From Deltaproteobacteria bacterium (lineage in GTDB: Bacteria > Acidobacteriota > Thermoanaerobaculia > Multivoradales > JAHZIX01), in NCBI GenBank assembly GCA_022601195.1, contig JAHZIX010000034.1, positions 18,504 through 82,503 of the forward strand: 64,000 nucleotides of DNA, read 5' to 3'. Shown piece after piece: positions 60,848 through 64,000 of the stretch; the first letter of the stretch is position 1; every line of letters starts with the position of its first letter. The position numbers were made by a program, and so were the translations under genes. The notes below the pieces were generated by a model. That model saw nothing but the letters and a program-made list of their open reading frames with translations, had not been told where the DNA came from and did no database searches.

Positions 60848-63361
60848 ATGCTAGTGGGACCCTGGAACTCTACCAAGACACTGAACCTTCTCGGAGGCAT
60901 CGCCTTCGTCGTGGCCGTATTGTCTATCGTCGATATGTTTATTCCTAGGCCTTTCGACGGTGTCATCCTCAACCCGGACATCTCCGACAAGGTCGTTGTA
61001 ATGCGAGTAGCACCGGGCTCCGGTGCCGACCTGGCGGGCATCCAGCCCGGGGACCAAATTCGGGGAATCGCCCGGAATATTCTGCAGAATCGGCAGGATG
61101 CTGCCCGCCTGCTGCGGCGCTTTGAAATAGGCCAGGAGGTGGCCTATTTCATCAAGAAGGAAGGCCAAGTTGGGCCGGTCACGGTGGTGCTGGGGGAACA
61201 CCGCTATGCCAACTCCACCTATGTGTTCGCCTGCCTATTGGGGTTCAGCTTCTTTTTCATTGGGTTCTTTGTTCTACAGCGCCAGCCGCGCATGCGCGCC
61301 AGCCAGGTGTTCTTCCTGCTGTGTAGCCTCTTTCTCGTCTTTCTCGTCTGCCGCCTACGGCCCGCCTCCTATTCCGAGGTAGACGCCCTGGTACTGAGCA
61401 CCGGCACGGTGGCCCTATTGCTGCTGCCAGCCTGCTTCCTCCACTTCTTTCTCATTTTTCCTCGGCCTCTGCCCCTCATTGCCGGATGGCTGAGCACCGC
61501 CGATAGAACTCTGTGGAGACGACTTCTCCTGGCCATATATCTGCTCCCCGCCTTGGCCATGGCAGCAGCACTTCTGTTCTCGAAACTGAGGCAGGTCCCC
61601 TTGGCCCTGATCAGCGGGGCGCCGGTGGCCAATTGGTGGGTCCTAGCCGGCTATATGCTCACCGGTCTCGGCATCCTCGCAGCCAACGCCCGCAGCCTCG
61701 ACAGCCAAAGGGAACGCCGAGGAGCCATCTGGGTCCTAGTGGGGTCCATCTTTGGCCTAGTGCCGTTTCTCGTCGTGGCGGTGGCCTTCCCCTCGTTCCT
61801 CCACACGGAGCAATTCCTCATCTATGGCATCGTCCCTCTCGGCCTGGTCCCCCTCACCTTCGCCTACGCCATCGTTCGGTTTCAATTGCTGGATATTCGG
61901 GTCATCCTGCACAAGGGTCTTCTCTACACCGCCACAACCGCCGTCATCACCGGTCTCTATGCTCTTGGCATCGCCTTTTTCAACACCTGGTTCAGTGGTA
62001 CGACTCTGGCAGCTTCGCGCTTTTTTCCCCTGGTTTTCGCCCTGGCCATCGTCCTGCTATTCGAACCCTTGCGGCGACGTATCCAAGGCCCAGTGGATCG
62101 ATTCTTCTTCGGCGAAGAGTCCCGCCTTCAAAAGGCTATGGTGGAAATGGGAGAAGCCCTCACCGGCCAGGTGGACCTGGAAGAGGTGGTCAGGGATCTG
62201 GTAGAGGAGCTACCGCGTCTACTCGGTCTCCATTTCTCTGCCCTCTATCTGGTCAAAGGAGAGGACCTGGAGCGGGTCGCGGGACCGGCGACCCTGCCGA
62301 AAAAAGTCCCCTTGAGACCGGTGCTGGATGCCCACCTGGACCGGCGCCAGCAACGCCTACAACGCTTGGCCTCGCTGACCAGCTTGCGACTGAGCTCGAC
62401 AGAGCTGGCCCTTCGTCTCGAGGAGATGGAAGCCCAGGGCGTCGAGCTTGTGGGGGATTTGGCCTCTTCCCGAAGACGCATCGGTGCAGTGCTGCTATCC
62501 GGCAAGACGGGCCAAATGGACTTCGAACCTGCGGAGCTCGAGCTGCTCAGTGGCTTGCTCTCCCATGCCGCGCTGGCGCTGGAGAACAGTCTGCTCCTGG
62601 AGGAACGGACTCAGCAGGCAGAGCTCAAGCGCGAGGTGGAAATCGCCTCCTCCATTCAGAGCTCTCTTCTCCCCGACAAGGTCTCCCTAGGGCCCGGTTG
62701 GGACGTGGCGGCGGTCTGCCGCCCGGCTCGGGATGTCGGGGGAGACTTCCTGGCGCAGCTTCCCGGCCCCGGCCCGCAGGACCAAGCCCTGGTCTATGGT
62801 GACGTTTCCGGCAAGAGCGTTCCCGGCGCCCTGATGATGATGGCCGCCCACGAAGTGCTCCACTCCTTGGCCATGACCCATTCGGACCCAGAGGAGCTCC
62901 TCGACCTCGCCAACCGACGTCTCTACCAACTCTCGAAGCGAAGTTTCGTTGCCGTGGGCTACTTGGCCGCTGCTGGCAGCGAACATTTGCTGTATTCCCT
63001 GGCCGGTCAGCCGAGCCCGCTGCTGCGAGGAATAGACGGCTCGATTTCCGAGTTGGAACCGCCGACCCATCGCATGCCCCTGGGCGCCCTTGCCCAGAGC
63101 TCCTACACGGGCCTGGAAACGCCGATTCGCAGGGGTGAGTTGGTCCTCGCCTACTCCGACGGCGTCGTGGAAACCGTCTCTCCAAGAGGAGAGTTTTTCG
63201 GCGAAGACCGCCTGCACCAAACCCTATTGAACAGCCCGGCGGAGCCCGCAGCCGCCCTCGATCATATTCTCGCCACCCTGGAAGAGTTTTCCCAGGGCCA
63301 TGCGCCCTACGATGACCTCACCTTGGTAGCGATTCGCCGCCATCCGGAGACTGCCCCATGA
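60848..63361 (+). CDS. Membrane-bound PP2C/SpoIIE-family Ser/Thr phosphatase with N-terminal PDZ, multi-TM region and GAF-like domain (837 aa)
   Basis: PDZ-like VMRVAPGSGADLAGIQPGDQI, about 9-10 hydrophobic helices, and a SpoIIE/PP2C block IQSSLLP..DVGGDF..YGDVSGKSVPGALMM..SDGVVE. Confidence 0.75.
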   Translation: MLVGPWNSTKTLNLLGGIAFVVAVLSIVDMFIPRPFDGVILNPDISDKVVVMRVAPGSGADLAGIQPGDQIRGIARNILQNRQDAARLLRRFEIGQEVAYFIKKEGQVGPVTVVLGEHRYANSTYVFACLLGFSFFFIGFFVLQRQPRMRASQVFFLLCSLFLVFLVCRLRPASYSEVDALVLSTGTVALLLLPACFLHFFLIFPRPLPLIAGWLSTADRTLWRRLLLAIYLLPALAMAAALLFSKLRQVPLALISGAPVANWWVLAGYMLTGLGILAANARSLDSQRERRGAIWVLVGSIFGLVPFLVVAVAFPSFLHTEQFLIYGIVPLGLVPLTFAYAIVRFQLLDIRVILHKGLLYTATTAVITGLYALGIAFFNTWFSGTTLAASRFFPLVFALAIVLLFEPLRRRIQGPVDRFFFGEESRLQKAMVEMGEALTGQVDLEEVVRDLVEELPRLLGLHFSALYLVKGEDLERVAGPATLPKKVPLRPVLDAHLDRRQQRLQRLASLTSLRLSSTELALRLEEMEAQGVELVGDLASSRRRIGAVLLSGKTGQMDFEPAELELLSGLLSHAALALENSLLLEERTQQAELKREVEIASSIQSSLLPDKVSLGPGWDVAAVCRPARDVGGDFLAQLPGPGPQDQALVYGDVSGKSVPGALMMMAAHEVLHSLAMTHSDPEELLDLANRRLYQLSKRSFVAVGYLAAAGSEHLLYSLAGQPSPLLRGIDGSISELEPPTHRMPLGALAQSSYTGLETPIRRGELVLAYSDGVVETVSPRGEFFGEDRLHQTLLNSPAEPAAALDHILATLEEFSQGHAPYDDLTLVAIRRHPETAP

Positions 63362-64000
63362 AGAAGATTCTTCCCATTCTGGCCGTAGCTGTGGCTGCAG
63401 GCGTGGCCCTCAGCCTGCTCGACCGTGAAGAGCCGACGACCTGGACCACCGACTCTCCGGAGGCCTTAGCGGAGCTCGAGCGAGGCCTCGAAGCGATGAG
63501 CAAGTTCTACCGAGGAGAAGCCAGCCACCACTTGCAACTGGCCCTCGAAGAAGATCCAGGCTTCGCCGCCGCGCTGGTGTTCCTGGCCCGCGGCGAATAC
63601 TCCAACTCACAACAACAGGCGGTTTTCCGAGAACGCTTGCGGCAAGTGGATTTGAGTTCCCTGCAGCCACGGGAAGAGGCGCTGGTTCGCTACACTCTGG
63701 CCGACACCGACGAGGCCTCGAGAACCACCGAGACGGCCCGCGAGATTCTCGAAAACTACCTCCAGGACCATCCTGCCGATCCGGTAATACTGCAGTTTTA
63801 TTGCACCGCCCTATTGGACTCCAGAGATCCCCAGGACTCCGACGCCGTCGAAGAGTGCTTCCGGAGCCTCATTGAGCTCAATCCCAACTGGGTCCAGGCG
63901 CAGAACCGCCTCGGCTACCTGGCCATGGCTCATGGGCGTTTCGAGGAGGCCGAGGAACGGTTCCGTACCTACCAATATGTCGCTCCTCAACAGGCGAATC
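63358..64000 (+). CDS. TPR-like secreted/anchored protein, 5' part (runs off the window end)
   Basis: The ATG overlaps the phosphatase stop (ATGA). Signal/anchor segment KKILPILAVAVAAGVALSLL. TPR-like helices (NPNWVQAQNRLGYLAMAHGRFEEAEERF). The frame stays open to base 64000. Confidence 0.5.
   Translation, partial: MKKILPILAVAVAAGVALSLLDREEPTTWTTDSPEALAELERGLEAMSKFYRGEASHHLQLALEEDPGFAAALVFLARGEYSNSQQQAVFRERLRQVDLSSLQPREEALVRYTLADTDEASRTTETAREILENYLQDHPADPVILQFYCTALLDSRDPQDSDAVEECFRSLIELNPNWVQAQNRLGYLAMAHGRFEEAEERFRTYQYVAPQQAN

Overview
This is a high-GC bacterial chromosomal window. The gene content looks Acidobacteriota-like (a TIGR03436-type VWFA protein, several ECF sigma / Ser-Thr kinase-TPR pairs), but that is inference only.

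Most of the window is ordinary core or accessory genes:
- the 3' part of dnaE2
- three tandem paralogues of an unrecognised secreted protein
- a Leu/Phe/Val-dehydrogenase fused to a ValRS-like body whose HIGH and KMSKS motifs are lost
- an ECF sigma/anti-sigma pair, bactofilin, tyrA and an amine oxidase
- a GldA/F/G-like ABC operon and HupE/UreJ
- a lower-GC islet with an IS4-family transposase remnant and an internally duplicated discoidin-like protein
- a complete rsr - Y-RNA-like(x3) - rtcB - rtcA operon with divergent rtcR
- a second ECF sigma-kinase pair next to a PDZ-GAF-PP2C phosphatase

The stand-out feature is an ~8 kb single-gene insertion (about 22.57-30.63 kb). It is bracketed by ~260-bp direct repeats that duplicate the 3' end of the DUF4340-like gene of the ABC operon. 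It encodes one 2,614-aa polypeptide with four parts:
- an N-terminal DnaG-type primase (CHC2 zinc finger, catalytic core, TOPRIM)
- a reverse transcriptase (YVDD)
- a ~1,100-aa helical region
- a C-terminal nitrilase-superfamily domain (Glu-Lys-Cys)

This makes it a candidate defence-associated RT, related to DRT1/UG-Abi RT-nitrilase proteins, with an extra primase module that I do not recognise as described.

I saw no rRNA, canonical tRNA or CRISPR array. All domain calls come from reading motifs by eye; no searches were run.
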